Positions 63,642 to 63,674 of a DNA stretch of 63,674 nucleotides are shown one piece after another. Numbering within the stretch: position 1 is the first letter of the stretch; every line of letters starts with the position of its first letter. This DNA is from Elusimicrobiales bacterium (GTDB lineage: Bacteria; Elusimicrobiota; Elusimicrobia; Elusimicrobiales; UBA9959). The DNA is taken from assembly GCA_036171915.1 (NCBI GenBank), contig JAVHRY010000008.1, positions 1-63,674 of the forward strand, read 5' to 3'. Both the position numbers and the translations under genes were made by a program. The notes beneath the pieces are model-generated. The model had not been told where the DNA came from and made no database searches. It saw nothing but the letters and a program-made list of their open reading frames with translations.

Positions 63642-63674
63642 AATAACATAGCAGACGAACCCGACAACGTACTG

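Overview
GC-rich 63.7-kb window from a diderm (LPS-making) bacterium of uncertain lineage. No rRNA, CRISPR array, integrase or prophage is present. There are two tRNAs: Ala-GGC (+) and Leu-GAG (-). Coding density is high and most genes lie on the minus strand. Left to right: (1) a truncated APC permease. (2) A complete group 3b (sulfhydrogenase-type) NiFe-hydrogenase operon of beta, gamma, delta, alpha subunits plus maturation protease. (3) A housekeeping block: ferritin-like protein, SixA, SpoIID, UppP, orphan histidine kinase, AI-2E transporter, Cas4-like nuclease, RsmD, REC-MBL response regulator, DUF3467 protein, lipoprotein, Csp and an alpha-glucan phosphorylase. (4) From about 18.7 to 55.9 kb, a mosaic envelope-polysaccharide super-locus interrupted by lysA, tRNA-Leu, a CNNM-CBS-EIIA transporter, secG and a gap/cDPG-synthetase-like/pgk operon. 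The super-locus holds GT4, GT4 and GT2 transferases, an Amidase_2 protein, a UDP-xylose synthase + GT39/83 + GT2 module, and an O-antigen ligase. It also holds a long co-directional operon encoding CDP-glucose to 3,6-dideoxy-4-ketohexose enzymes (RfbF/G/H) fused to a ThDP enzyme, a DmpF/DmpG-like pair, two SDRs, an FkbM methyltransferase and a GtrB-like GT2. Further along are ManC, two GMD paralogues, RfbBDCA and a second RfbC-like protein lacking the catalytic His and Lys. (5) A TPR-ExbB-ExbD-ExbD-TonB operon. (6) At the right edge, a REP-associated tyrosine transposase (RAYT) gene bracketed by its own 23-nt palindromic REP. Further copies of that REP sit in intergenic sites at 22.9, 51.2 (degenerate) and 55.4 kb. 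The most interesting candidates are the CDP-dideoxyhexose/ThDP/DmpFG sugar pathway, the REP/RAYT system, a zeta-toxin-like kinase with a coupled 49-aa ORF inside the sugar operon, a TIR-bounded 151-bp element next to a decayed galE, and the cDPG-synthetase-like gene between gap and pgk. All functional calls come from motif recognition by eye in the supplied translations. No database search was run.
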